64,000 bases of DNA. Origin: Anthoceros angustus (taxonomy: Eukaryota; Plantae; Anthocerotophyta). Positions 27,123 to 38,599 of this stretch are shown here, piece after piece. The stretch's first letter is position 1. Each line of letters begins with the position of its first letter. Both the position numbers and the translations under genes were made by a program. The notes below the pieces were generated by a model. It was not told the DNA's origin. It made no database searches and saw nothing but the letters and a program-made list of their open reading frames with translations. The stretch spans positions 496,001 through 560,000 of the forward strand of contig MU008185.1 of the NCBI GenBank assembly GCA_010909165.1, read 5' to 3'.

Positions 27123-30066
27123 CTAGGCCTGCCTGGCGTCCGACAAAGGATCCCCAACTGGAAGCATCAGAGAGGAGGGATTTTCCACGTCATAAGCCGT
27201 CTGGCTCGATTCATCGTGCGGCCTATGCGCTTGCTCAGTGGCTGCAGACAAGGCAGCAGCTGCTGCTCGGGCGGCCTCCCTTCTGTGTCTCCAGTTCATG
27301 TACTCCAGAAAAAAGGCATTGACGCTCATCGCGATGCCAAACCCAGCAAATGATGCTAGTAAAATGGACAACACAGCTTCAACATGAATCTGGACAGGAA
27401 GGAATGGACACAAACACGAATATTTACGTTAGAGTTTCCTTCAGCAGTGCGATCACTGGTCTTAGAGGGTGTGAGCTGAAAGGAAACGATTTTCAGCTCG
27501 GCTACATCGTCATGTCACACAAATCCAAGCCGTACATACCAGTGAAAAAAACAAGTGCGCAAATAGAATCACCAGTACAAACTGAAAGGCTGCATACAGC
27601 CATACATATCTCTTGCTCACTGCACATCCAGCACATAATGGTGAGAATTCCACACCCAACACCAAAGGCTGGCATGCACTTTGATTATCCATCTAACACG
27701 TACATGTTAATGACATAATTGTTATTTATGTTTAGCATCGGATACGTGAATAGTCTTATTTTCTTGCTTGATCAACTTCCCCCAGAAGCCACTCAGATCA
27801 AAATCACACGTTCTTCTCATTTACCACTTCAGATATCAATCATGAGAGATTCGAAACAGCCATATCACATACAAAGCACCTGGACAGCACACAAAATGTT
27901 CATTGGTGATCTGCAGTCATGAGCCGGAAAAATACCAAGTCGGTTCAAACCTTACCAAGGGGTGACGCTGTTACTGGGCCCTTACCAAGAGTTGAGGCAG
28001 TGACAGAGGCCAGCAAGCCGAGCACACAAGCAAATGGCAGAGCAATCACTAGAGCGCTGGAACCCATGTCCATGACCTGTACCATTTCACAGACAAGAGA
28101 TGTGTTGAATGATTCCCAGCCACGATGCCAGCCTACCGAGAAAAGTATGTACTGCATCCCAGGACTATCATGACTGTCCTGTCACGCATGTAAAAGCGAC
28201 GACGGCTTTGAAATACGTACCAATAACTGCTCAAGGAAGCAAAAGTAAGCAAGCATGCTTATCATGACCAAAACAGGAACGTCTTGCCATACCCTGCAAT
28301 CCAGGATAAAACTGTAAACACCAAACGCCAGAAACAAAATCGTGGCCGGTCAGATAAGCAGGGAAATTGATCGCTAGAAACAACCTTCCACAACAACGAC
28401 TACTTTGAGCTTTACGATTGGAAGCCTACCTCCTTAAGTCCTCTTGTTGTGCACCTCTCCTGTTCCCATGTCGATCATGTCCCACTCTCATCAAAGTCAC
28501 AGGTAGATTTCGAACTACTTGGCCACACACCTCACACGTATGATTGCCCCTTATGCTGAACCACTTAATTGCACACTCTTCATGAGCAAGTGCAAGTTCT
28601 CCCTTGCAACTGCATTCCATCTTTAAGGTCTCGCCACCCTCAGCGAGCTCTACCATACATATCCTACATACAGCTTCACCTTCGGGAATTTCTTCACTCT
28701 TCTGCTCACCTGCTCAGAACCACCTGCATGAGTACGTAAGCAGTCCAAGCATAGACGTGCAACATGTGATAATGATTCCAGAGGCCAAATAGCAACTCTT
28801 TGTGAATCAACTTCGTGCACAAACATGTCAGGCTCAGGCTCACCCAATTATGTCATGCAAACAAACATATCACACCTGCCTCAACGTCTCCCGCAGCCTG
28901 AACAATATCGGGTGTTGTAGTGCCCTCCTCAGTCTCAAGATCAGCGGGTCGTTTAGCTGGTCTAATGAGCATAACACCTCCTTGAACCTCTACCTTTCTG
29001 AAGCTAGCAACCTCATTCAAAGGAACCGATTGAGATCTTGCTATGCTGCTCGTCTTCCTAAGTAACATCTGAGACAAACAAAGACGTACTCAGAAGGCCA
29101 CACAGCTAAGCTAAACAATTTGTGCGGCATAAGTGAAGCAAGAAAACGCGATGAGCACGCACGTCAGACGACATATCCTCAACCGAAGAATCCCCTTGCT
29201 TTGCCTGTGACGTAGAGGCATCATGTTCAGATAACAGAACACTCGGCAGAGGCATAGAGGATGTCCTTTTGGCTGAAAGAGGAATCCAATTCTTCGGCAT
29301 AGAAGGCACATTAGCACTTGGCGACTTCGAACCTGCTACAATATACAAAGGGGACTTCGGAGGTGTGACGGACGGAGACCGCCTGATTGGAAGCGCGTCC
29401 TGGAGAGAAGTCCTTGACCTTGGCCGGGGAAGAAGCCCCTTCGTGGACGACTTCCCATTCTTTGTCGATCCGGACGGTGGTGGCATGTTCACCCTAAATG
29501 TCTCCAGCTCCACGTCACGGCCGCCAAGCTCAGCAGCATTTGAGGTATGTCTGTTCCTCCCCCCTGGGTCATCACCCTGACTTATACTACAAGCGGGTTG
29601 CTCCTCAGCCTGCTCGCAATACATACAAACACCTGAATTCAAGCTCCATGAAACAGGGGACATCGGGCATTCAATCCTCAGAAGTGCAACGACAAGCAAA
29701 TCCAGCGAAGGAAGTCATTAATGCGTCAGTCCGGGAGTAACCAGACAGCAAATTGTTTTCACAGAAGATGAATCCCTCCAACCTCGAGGAAGCGAGACAG
29801 ACACCGAGGAGGCCAACCAAATTCCTGACCTCGCCCCGACACATTCAGACATGAAGCAGCACAAAACTGAGAAACTGATACACTGTCCTGCATACCCCGG
29901 AAAAGGACGTCTCCGCAGCCCCTGACTCGCGGGCGACACCGCCAACCCTGCCGTCCTCTCCGCGTTCATCCGAAGCCAAGACATGACTCTCCGTGCTAGC
30001 ATCCGGCACAACGACCGCGTCTGTCCCCTCACCTACCCCCACCACCCTGAGCTGCTCCGATGCCAT
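27123..30066 (-). CDS. RING-CH (RINGv/MARCH-like, C4HC3) membrane E3 ubiquitin ligase; multi-exon
   Basis: [48 protein letters not shown], followed by hydrophobic exons [47 protein letters not shown] and [16 protein letters not shown]. The ATG at 30066 is inferred. Confidence 0.9.
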
Positions 30067-30789
30067 ACTGTCCCAGCTCCCAAACCTACCGGCAGCATCA
30101 GTAAGGTTCCCTCAGTCCTGCTCGGCTGAATCCCCAAAACCCGACACTCGAAACGGCGACCCGGGCAGCCTGAGCCCCATGGCCAAGGCTGCGGCTGAAA
30201 CTCCACCTGCACCTTCCTTCAGGCAGTGGATTCCTGAGGGCCAGTCCAGGCGCGCACACGCAGAGATGCCGAATTGACGAGACCGTCTATCCTGCCAGCC
30301 GCCTGCGCAGGTGGCCGAGCTACGGCGGGCGAGGTGGAGGTGGCGACAGGCGTCTCGGTTTGGCCACGCTCCTCGCTATCCGCAGCTTGTCTCTTGTTAC
30401 TGCACCATGCTGTCCTCGCTGTGAATTTTTTTTATCGCTCTCACTTCCGAGCTGGAAACTGGGAGTTCCTGCTTCGGAATTGCTGGCCAATTCCTTCGTC
30501 GAATGCCGGCTGCCAAACCCATGTTTGCCCACGACAAGTGGCTGCGCAGCCTCGGTCTGGCTACGTGTCCGCCTCGTGCGACACCTCCTTCGCCTTCTCT
30601 GCGTCCCGGTTCCCCCAACTTCAACGCACCAGCCGCGGCGTGCTCGTCAGCCATGATAAGTATCGCATGCCCGATTCTGAAACGCGCATCCACTATGGCG
30701 GTCTGGAAAAAAAGTTGTTCTTTCCTGCAATCTTCCCAGATACTAAGTATGACGATACATACAAAATATGTACAAAATATAACCAATGC

Positions 30790-31190
30790 GTTCAAAGTAC
30801 ATTTTGCATACTTGTCTACCAGGCAGTTGTCAACACTACAATATCCGGCAGTCCTGCTTGTCCATCTCGGAGCGCAGCTGCCTACTTCTTTGTTATGCAC
30901 AAGTGCTTGCAACACAGGCCTGCAGAAGGCAAGCAAGAGCAGCTTGGCTGGCCTATTAGGCCTTCTGCTCCATTGTGCATGCACAACAAGCGCCTCGTGT
31001 CCGAGCCCTTTGCTGTGCATACCCAGCAATTAGGGCGGTCCAAGTCACCACGTTCTTTGTAGCCAAGCTGTCGAACACCTCGCGTGCATGTTCCAGTTTG
31101 CCACATTTTGCAAACATGGTCTATCAGGCAGTCGCCCAGCACTACAATATCTAGCAGTCCTATTTCGACAATCTGCGATGGGGCATGGAG
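30790..31190 (-). pseudogene. Frameshifted PLS-class PPR fragment
   Basis: Joining frames gives [50 protein letters not shown].../LLQACVASTCA*QRSRQLRSEMDKQ/...DNCLVDKYAKC, i.e. S-P-L-S motifs with several indels and an in-frame stop. Confidence 0.88.
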
Positions 31191-31680
31191 ATCTGCAGAT
31201 GGGGCGCATGGAGATGGGATATTGATCGGTATGGAGAAGGGGCGAATGGAGAAGGGACATAGATCGGAAGGGGGAGGTGGATAGACCGTCCCTATTATCC
31301 ATATGAAATTATTCAGAGGCCACCATCCTCATAACGGGGATTTTAGCGACGGTACTGTGTGCGTCTCGGGGCTGGTGTAGCAGTAACTGTTGCTCACGGG
31401 GTGAGACATACCCATCCCTTATACTAATGCCTGCAAGTTGCACCCAAGTAGGCTAGGCAGGCCGCGTAGCAAGTTGTATAAGAACCAAGCCCATTCCTGT
31501 GGACCATCATATGTTCTTTTTATAAGTTCCACTTTCCAAATCAAAATCAAAGATGGATACTTGAACTTCGATTCACCTGCAACTGATGATATCCCTCATG
31601 TGTGTCGTCACTTGTAGACTTTACTATAATCGTCCTACTAAAAAATTCAAGAAATTGGAAACCGTCTACGGTTGTGCTGG

Positions 31681-34600
31681 TCACCGGGATGAGGAGCACA
31701 ACTGTGTGAGCCAGAAGAGAAGGGGTTGGAAGAAATTAGTGGTAGTTGTCGCAGACGGTTGAGATGGAGTACTTGTTTGCTCCTGTCATAAGGCAGATGT
31801 TCACGTGGTCAGAATCCTGCAAACCGCACAGATCAAAATTGGAAGCAGTAAAGCGATGTGCGCGAGGCATCTCACCTGATAGTAGCTTTGCAGCGACTGA
31901 GTAGATACTGGGACTTCTATGTCAGAGGCAGATGGAGGTGGACGCTCTCCGTTTACAGTCGTTCCACGACCTGACACACCTGTCGGCAAGTAGTCACGGC
32001 TCGTTTGTGCTACAAGAGCCGGTATGCTTTCCACCACGGTGACTTCATAGTCTCCAAATTTGGTGCCTGCTCCTGAATAAAATTCGTCCACCTTTCTCAG
32101 CTCCTTTTCCTCATCAATCGTTCCTTTTGGCAGTTGGCCAACGCTGGCGAAGAGGCTTGTAACGGGAACGCGGTCAGGAGCAGACTGGTCAGGATCTGCC
32201 TCCAAGACGGATGGTGCACTGTCAACTAAAAGCTTGTTGGCTGCCTCCGGATCCGGGTCTTGAGCATCCCCTACAGTCTCATCTCCGAGGACTTCGGATT
32301 GTAGATCAGGAGCTGAATATATTGTGTGGGGACCACCGGCTGTGACAGTATTCTGGTCTTCGAGCTTTGGCGAGCCTTCAGCACCAACAACTGGCTGCAG
32401 ATCAGGTTCCGCAGGCGTTTCTGGTACTTCAGCTTCCACCTCTTCCCCGCAGAGCTCCACTTCTGAATCCAAGACTGATCCTCCTACTGTTTCATCCTGT
32501 GTACTGATACTGATGTCCCTTGAGACAACTGGGCTTCGCTCGGCCACACTGGGGCTTTGGCCATCTGTGAGGACAGCCTCGGTTGCCGGCAAATCTTCAA
32601 ACTCCACCCCTCCCTCCCCGATGGGAGTCACGTTTTGGTCATCCTGGTGTGCGCCGTCGTGAGCCCCTCCAGTTGACACTGAACTTAGGCCACCATCCTG
32701 TCCACCGTCTTCTGTTTCGCCCTTCGCAGCACTGGAGTCAGAAGCAGATGGATCTTGTTCTTCTCCATCATACTCTACTTGCTCAACAGCCCCATCCGAC
32801 CTGCTTACTGGAATTGGTGTTTCTTCAAGGGTGCCAACACTCGCATCGTTTTCAACACTCGGGTCTTCCTTGGTCTCACCAAAGGCTACTTCCAGAACAG
32901 GCTCTTCCGTAACAGTCTGAGGTGGCTCAGGACTACTGCCGCCGGAAAGGACAGCAAGTTCCCGAGTTGCTGGTTCACCGTCTGCAGCACTTGCCTCAGA
33001 AGCAGATGCATCTTGTAGTTCATTATCTTGCTCTACCTCCTCAGGAGTCTCATCCAACCTGCTTTCGGTGATTGGTGATTCTTCTACAGTTCCCACCCTT
33101 ACATCCGATTCTTCAGCAGTCTCCTCCCTAATATCCACAGGCAACGTTTCGAGCTCCTTCGGGACAGTCTCAGGACTGCTGTCGGAAAGGACACCACGAT
33201 CCTGAAGTGCTGGTTCACCCTCCGCAACACTGGCCTCAGAAATAGATGCATCTTGAGCTTCTTTTTCTTGCTCCAACTTCTCGGAAGTCGCATCCGACCT
33301 GATTTCGGTGACTGGTGGTTCTTCGAGGGTTCTCAAGCTGGCATCAGTTTCTCCGGTAGTCTCTTCCTTGGTCTCCTCAGATGACGTTTGAGGCTCCTCC
33401 GGGACAGTCGCAGGACTACTGCTAGAGAGGACAGCACGATCCTGAAGTGCTGGTTCACCGTCTGCAGCACTGGCCTCAGAAACAGATGCATCTTGAACCT
33501 CATTCTCTTGCTCTAACTCCTCGGAAGTTTCATCCAACCTGCTCTCGGGGATTGGTGAGTCTTCAGCAGTTCGCACGTTCGATTCAGTTTCTTCTGAAGT
33601 CTCTTCCCTGATCTCATCAGACGACGTTTGAGGCTCCTCAGCAACAATCTCAAGACTACTATCAGAAAGGACAGCAGGATCCTGAAGTGCTGGTTCACCG
33701 TCTTCAACACTGGCCTCAGGAGCAGGAGCATCTTGAAGTTCATGTTGCTGCTCAAAGTTGTTTGAAGCCTCATCTAACCTGCTTTCGCGGATTGGCGATA
33801 CTTCGAGAGTTTCAACGCTTGAATCCAATTCTTCAGTTGACTCTTCCTTAAGCTTGGTGTCCACAGACAACGTTTCAGGCTCCTCCGGGACAGTCTCAGG
33901 ACTGCTGTCAAAAAGGATTTCACGATCCTGAACTGCTGGTTCACCCTCCGCAACACTGGCCTCAGAAGTAGGTGCATCTTGAACTTCGTTTTGTTGCTCC
34001 AACTTGTCGGAAGCTTCATCCAAACTGCTTTCGGGAGTTGGTGATTCTTCAACAGATCTCGCGCTTGAATCAGCTTCTCCTGAGGTCTCTTCCTTGGTGT
34101 CATCAGACGGCGTCTGAGGTTCCTCCGGGACAGTCTCAGGACTACTGTCAGAAAGAGCAGCAGGGTCCTCAAGGGCTGGTGCACCCTCTGCAACACTGGC
34201 CTCAGAAGCAGGTGCATCTTGAACTTCATTTCGTTGTTCTGAATTCCCGGAAGCCTCATCCAGCCCCAGCCCGCTTTCGGGGATTGGTGTCTCGTCGAGG
34301 GTTCCCACGCTTAAATCAACTTCTCCTATACTCTCTTCCTTGGTCTCTTCAGACGACGCTTCAGTCTCCCCCGAGACGGTCTCAGGACTACTGTCAGAAC
34401 CGACGGCAAGATCCTGAATTGCTGGTTCAACCTCTGCAGTACTGGCCTCAGAAGCAGATACATCTTGGACTTCATCCTGTTGCTCTAACGTCGCGGAAGC
34501 CTCATCCAACCCAGTTTTGGGAAGTTCTGGTGATTCTTCGAAAGCGTCCACGTTTACATCAGTTTCCCCCGTAGTCTCTTCCTTGGTCTCATAAGACGAC

Positions 34601-35258
34601 GCTTCAGGCTCCTCGGGGACAGCCTCAGGACTACTGCCGGCAAGGTCAGCAGGATCCTGAATTGCTGGTTCACCCTCTGCAACGCTGCTCCCGCCCTCGA
34701 ACTCCTCAGAAGGAGATGTAGCCACAGGTTCCTCGACACTGTAGTCCTTAGGGGAATTGCTCTCACCAACAGCAGCTTCATCCTGCACCTGTTCGTGTTC
34801 AGCCTCTGTACCACTGGCCTGCTCAGAAGTAATAGCAAGCTCTTCCAGATTTCCTTCGACAGGGGGACTGGTTTCAGATTCAAAAACTGCCTCTCCTCCA
34901 GCCGTCACCTCCTCAGTAACAATGTCAGCCTCGGTAACAATGTCAGCCTCGGTAACAATGTCAGCCTCAGTAACAATGTCAGCCTCAGTAACAATGTCAG
35001 CAGTTTCCTCCGGAACGCCTTCTTCAACTGGAGCGCTGTCCTGGGATGGGCTTTCTTCCTCCAACTGATCAGGTCTAGAGTGAGCCGCATCTTCAGTCTG
35101 AGAAATTTCTGCACTCTCATCCTGCGAAAACTAGAGCAAACCAGTCACCTCACAGCCGATCCCTACACGAGAAACCAAAATCCGGCGACACGGAGAGCTT
35201 GCAAGTGAGAGCGCGCACAAACCTCCAGCACCACGCTGTCGTCCCCCTCGTCGGCCAT
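31681..35258 (-). CDS. Uncharacterised, very acidic (E/D/S/P-rich) tandem-repeat protein, ~1127 aa, 3 coding exons
   Basis: Exon 1 35258-35223 (MADEGDDSVVLE); exon 2 35121-31876 (1082 open codons); exon 3 31782-31681 (EQTSTPSQPSATTTTNFFQPLLFWLTQLCSSSR*). Both introns are GT-AG and phase 0 (101 and 93 nt). No family recognised. Confidence 0.8.
32700..34700 (-). repeat. Coding tandem array, ~8 units of 240-246 nt (80-82 aa)
   Basis: A gcatcttg anchor recurs at about 33007, 33246, 33486, 33727, 33973, 34213 and 34459. Peptide core QDAxxSEASVAEGEPAxQDxxxLSDSSPETVPEE. Confidence 0.92.
34915..35002 (-). repeat. 18-nt coding repeat x5 (IVTEAD)
   Basis: (ctc(a/g)gtaacaatgtcagc)n read directly on the + strand. 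Confidence 0.92.
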
Positions 35259-36837
35259 GCCCGCAGGATTATCTCTGTTCAAATTCAAGGGCCTGGGACT
35301 GTTACCAGGACTACCGTACACCCTACACCACAGCAAACTCCAAACAGTTCATTCCCGCTTCTCCCCGCAGATGCACAATCACAAAATGCTCGCTGATGGT
35401 CCCCTCAAACCCAGAACCCCGAACAAACCTCCATACCTTGGCACCACTTCAATATCCTGATACAACTTGATCCTGAGCAGAGTAACAAGCTGCTGGTTCT
35501 GCAGGTCCAGACATCCCTCAGTCCCAGGCCCAAACCCCGCGTCACCACACGAACCTCACTCCGCTCGGCTCCGCCCCCTGCCTGCCCTCCGATCTAACAC
35601 TCCCAGCTCCAGTAATCAAGCAGCCCGATCCGGCAGCAACATCCGAGAAGCAGAGAAGGTGGCCGCACCTGGAGCCCGTGTGTGTTGATCCCGAACTGGC
35701 GGCAGAGCTGGAGCAACTCCCTCCGAGGTTTATACTGCAGATTGTCGTGCATATTCTCCGGCTAAGAGCGGGAGAAGTAGGGGCCGTTTACGGGGCCTTC
35801 AAAAGAGCTCCGTTCACCATCAGCAGAAAATTACTTCGCACAGCCAGGATAGGATGAGGCAGCAAATCGCTGGCAGGGCTGGAAGAGCCGGGAACGCGTG
35901 CTAAATAAGGCCAGTCCGTGGTAATCCCGCTCTATCCACAGAGATTACATGACGCTGTTTTGCTGTTGCTTCAGCCGGTGCTGCAATGCTGCAACAAGAG
36001 CAGGCGATCCAGCGCTGGAGCTCCCTGTTCATCCATTCCAACTTCGCACAGACGGAGCTTAAAAAAATGAGCTCCACAGCTGGCCATGGAGCCGCACCTG
36101 GCGCCTGGCGCAAATCTTTGTCCCGAGGCGAGCCCGCTCACCGTCACTCTGGGCAAAGCGGCCTGCCGCGACTCGGCACGTGGCGCACTCTACGACTCGC
36201 TTTCACTCGCGCTCATGGCGATACTTGCGACATACGGCTGGGCCTCGGTATCGCCACCTGGCCCGCACTGCCGTCATGTGCATCTGGGACCCCCAGGGGT
36301 CCCAGCCGCGCGCGCTTCCACCACGGCTTTTGGTGGAAGTCTGGAGACCGAACGTGAACTTCCCGCCACACCGGCCAGAATGAAATCCCTCAAAGGTTAT
36401 GTTACATCATTTGTTTGGAATACAGAGCTGCTGTAAAGTACACAGACGAAATGGCGTTGCGACACATTTCTTGGGTGTAGATATTGAGCAAATAGAAGGG
36501 AGGCAGTCGAACCGCCATCGTCGACCAACAAGACGGCCTACAGGCTACCTACCACTTCAACTGCTACAGCCCTACAGCAGAGGAGGAGAACTGGCGGTGG
36601 CCGGTCGCTTATATGTCCGGCAGCTTGACTTGGGCAGCGGCGATCAAAAACGACGGGCTTCCCGAGCCAGTTGCAGACTTCCTGCAAACCAATGACGAAT
36701 GGCGGCTTCAGTATATAGAGATATCCACACCCGAGACGTCAGTTCACAACACGGCCACGCCACATTTGCTGAAAGCGAGAAGCATGCTAACCGGCGCTTA
36801 ATCTTCCCACCAGTGCCCCAGGAATCAAAGACAGATA

Positions 36838-38397
36838 TCTGTTGCTGATTACTGCGGATCTGCGTAACCGAACACATGGCGTACATTAAGACAACAGGAC
36901 AGTTACACAAGACTGACTCATACACGGTTTCCACACGGAACAACAGCACGACTAGTTTGATTTCACTCACCACTGCTGAGAGTTCTTGCTGTACTCTGAC
37001 AACACAGGATAAATGTTCTCGAAGGCCTGGTAGATCTCCTCCCTCACCTGCACAGACAGGTAATTCTCATAATCCTTCGAGCAACCAGTCCAAGGATTCA
37101 TGTCGACAGCAGCAAAGAGAGCCCCCACCTTGGCGCCCGTTAGGACAATCTTCCCCGACACGAATATCAGCAGAACTATCTTCGGCTGCTTCATCCGGTA
37201 GATCAAACCAGGGAACAGCTCCGGCTCATACTGCACAAGACGATTCTCTTGGATCAGCGTCAGCGTTGCAAGGGGATGGAAAGGGATAACATACCTGACT
37301 ACAAAACATGTTGAGAAGACCAAAAACGATTCGTCAGGGGGGGCTTACTGAAGAAAAGTGGCCATGGGCGTAAGCAAGGCCTTCAAGCCTGATGGGGAAC
37401 TTCACATCGCAACTACCAACAATATTCTGGATCTTAAAATCCTGCAGCCAGATGTTGCACCAGTTCAGATGAGAATTGCAGTAAAGACACATGACGGGAG
37501 GCTGGCAAGAAACATGTGCATAAAAAGTCACGCAAAGGGAGGTAAGGGCTCCTTACCTTGAACTGTGCGGGGAAACCAAGCTTCTGGATGATTCTAGCGT
37601 ACTGAACTCCATATGTACAATGCAGATATTAGATGCGCCCGTGAAAGCACATCATAGGAACTAATTCTGGACAAGGCACAGACTAGGCAAGCCCGTAGCC
37701 TCATCCAGGTTCATTTAACCTTGTCACCCTATCTCTTAAACACAGCAACACACCTTTCTAGCTGCCAGCTTTGACTGCTGTTCGCTCTTTGCACCGGTGC
37801 AAACCTGCTCATATTCGACCGGTCAGCGCTACCTGACCACAGTCCATCCGGACAGGCAACCACAGCATCTGTGGAAGCAAGAACACCTCACCATCTTTCC
37901 AGATGCAAATATCAGGGCGGTAGTCTTCGGCTCCCTTATTCTCATGATGACAGCAGCAAAACGCTGTTTCCAGACGACAGAGCTGGAGTCAGATACCCAC
38001 ATCACAAGAACCAAACTCCGCGGGCCCGCTACGAGCAGTCCAACCACAGGATCTATCTTCCTTGTCAAGGAAGTCCGAAACCCTAGCCACACACCACAAC
38101 TACTGCTGCACCTTGGGGTTGTATTCCGCGTTCCGAGCATGTAGAGCTATCGTTTTCAAATCCAGTTTGGTATCCATGTTCACCGTAGATACTATGTTCC
38201 TGCTCAGCAGACACCACAGATCATGAGCCACAAGCTGTGGCTATGCCGAACTCAAAATCCACACCCGAAAGCACGACATAGCCAAAACGGGGAGACAGAA
38301 AGGCGTGCGGCATGCATTACTGCAGAGTGGGAACGATTCCGGAGGGGTGCTTTTCAAGATCCACAGGTTGGTTTGAGTCAGAGGCCTGATCCGCCAT
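36838..38397 (-). CDS. TBP: TATA-box binding protein; multi-exon
   Basis: MADQ...[22 protein letters not shown]...[137 protein letters not shown]. The stop is either split by a final intron (ending at 36838) or unspliced (ending at 36967). Confidence 0.97.
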
Positions 38398-38472
38398 TGC
38401 TTCTTCCGCTACGGCGGACAAGAACTTGCTGAAATGAGACCCTAGTTTTATAGCCTTCGTTGCCCCGTGCCC

Positions 38473-38480
38473 TTTATATA
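38473..38480 (-). promoter_or_regulatory. Candidate TATA box of TBP
   Basis: TATATAAA on the minus strand, 76 nt upstream of the ATG. Confidence 0.55.
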
Positions 38481-38599
38481 GGCCATTCGGGAACCCTAGT
38501 TTACAATCCGAGACCAACCCAGGTTAGGGCTGGCACCGTGTCGACGTTTCCTTGCCTGGTGGATGAGATTCCGATAAAACGTTTCTTTCCTATATGGAA

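Noticed and set aside
31681-35258. Acidic repeat protein as a pyrenoid Rubisco linker (EPYC1-like)
   Set aside because: The N-terminus is strongly acidic with no plastid transit peptide, and the repeats lack the aromatic/basic character of known Rubisco-binding linkers.
36016-36040. tggagctccctgttcatccattcca resembles a miR159/319 target site, or the mature miRNA on the minus strand
   Set aside because: It needs indels in the seed-pairing half, and there is no long fold-back precursor; likely a chance match.
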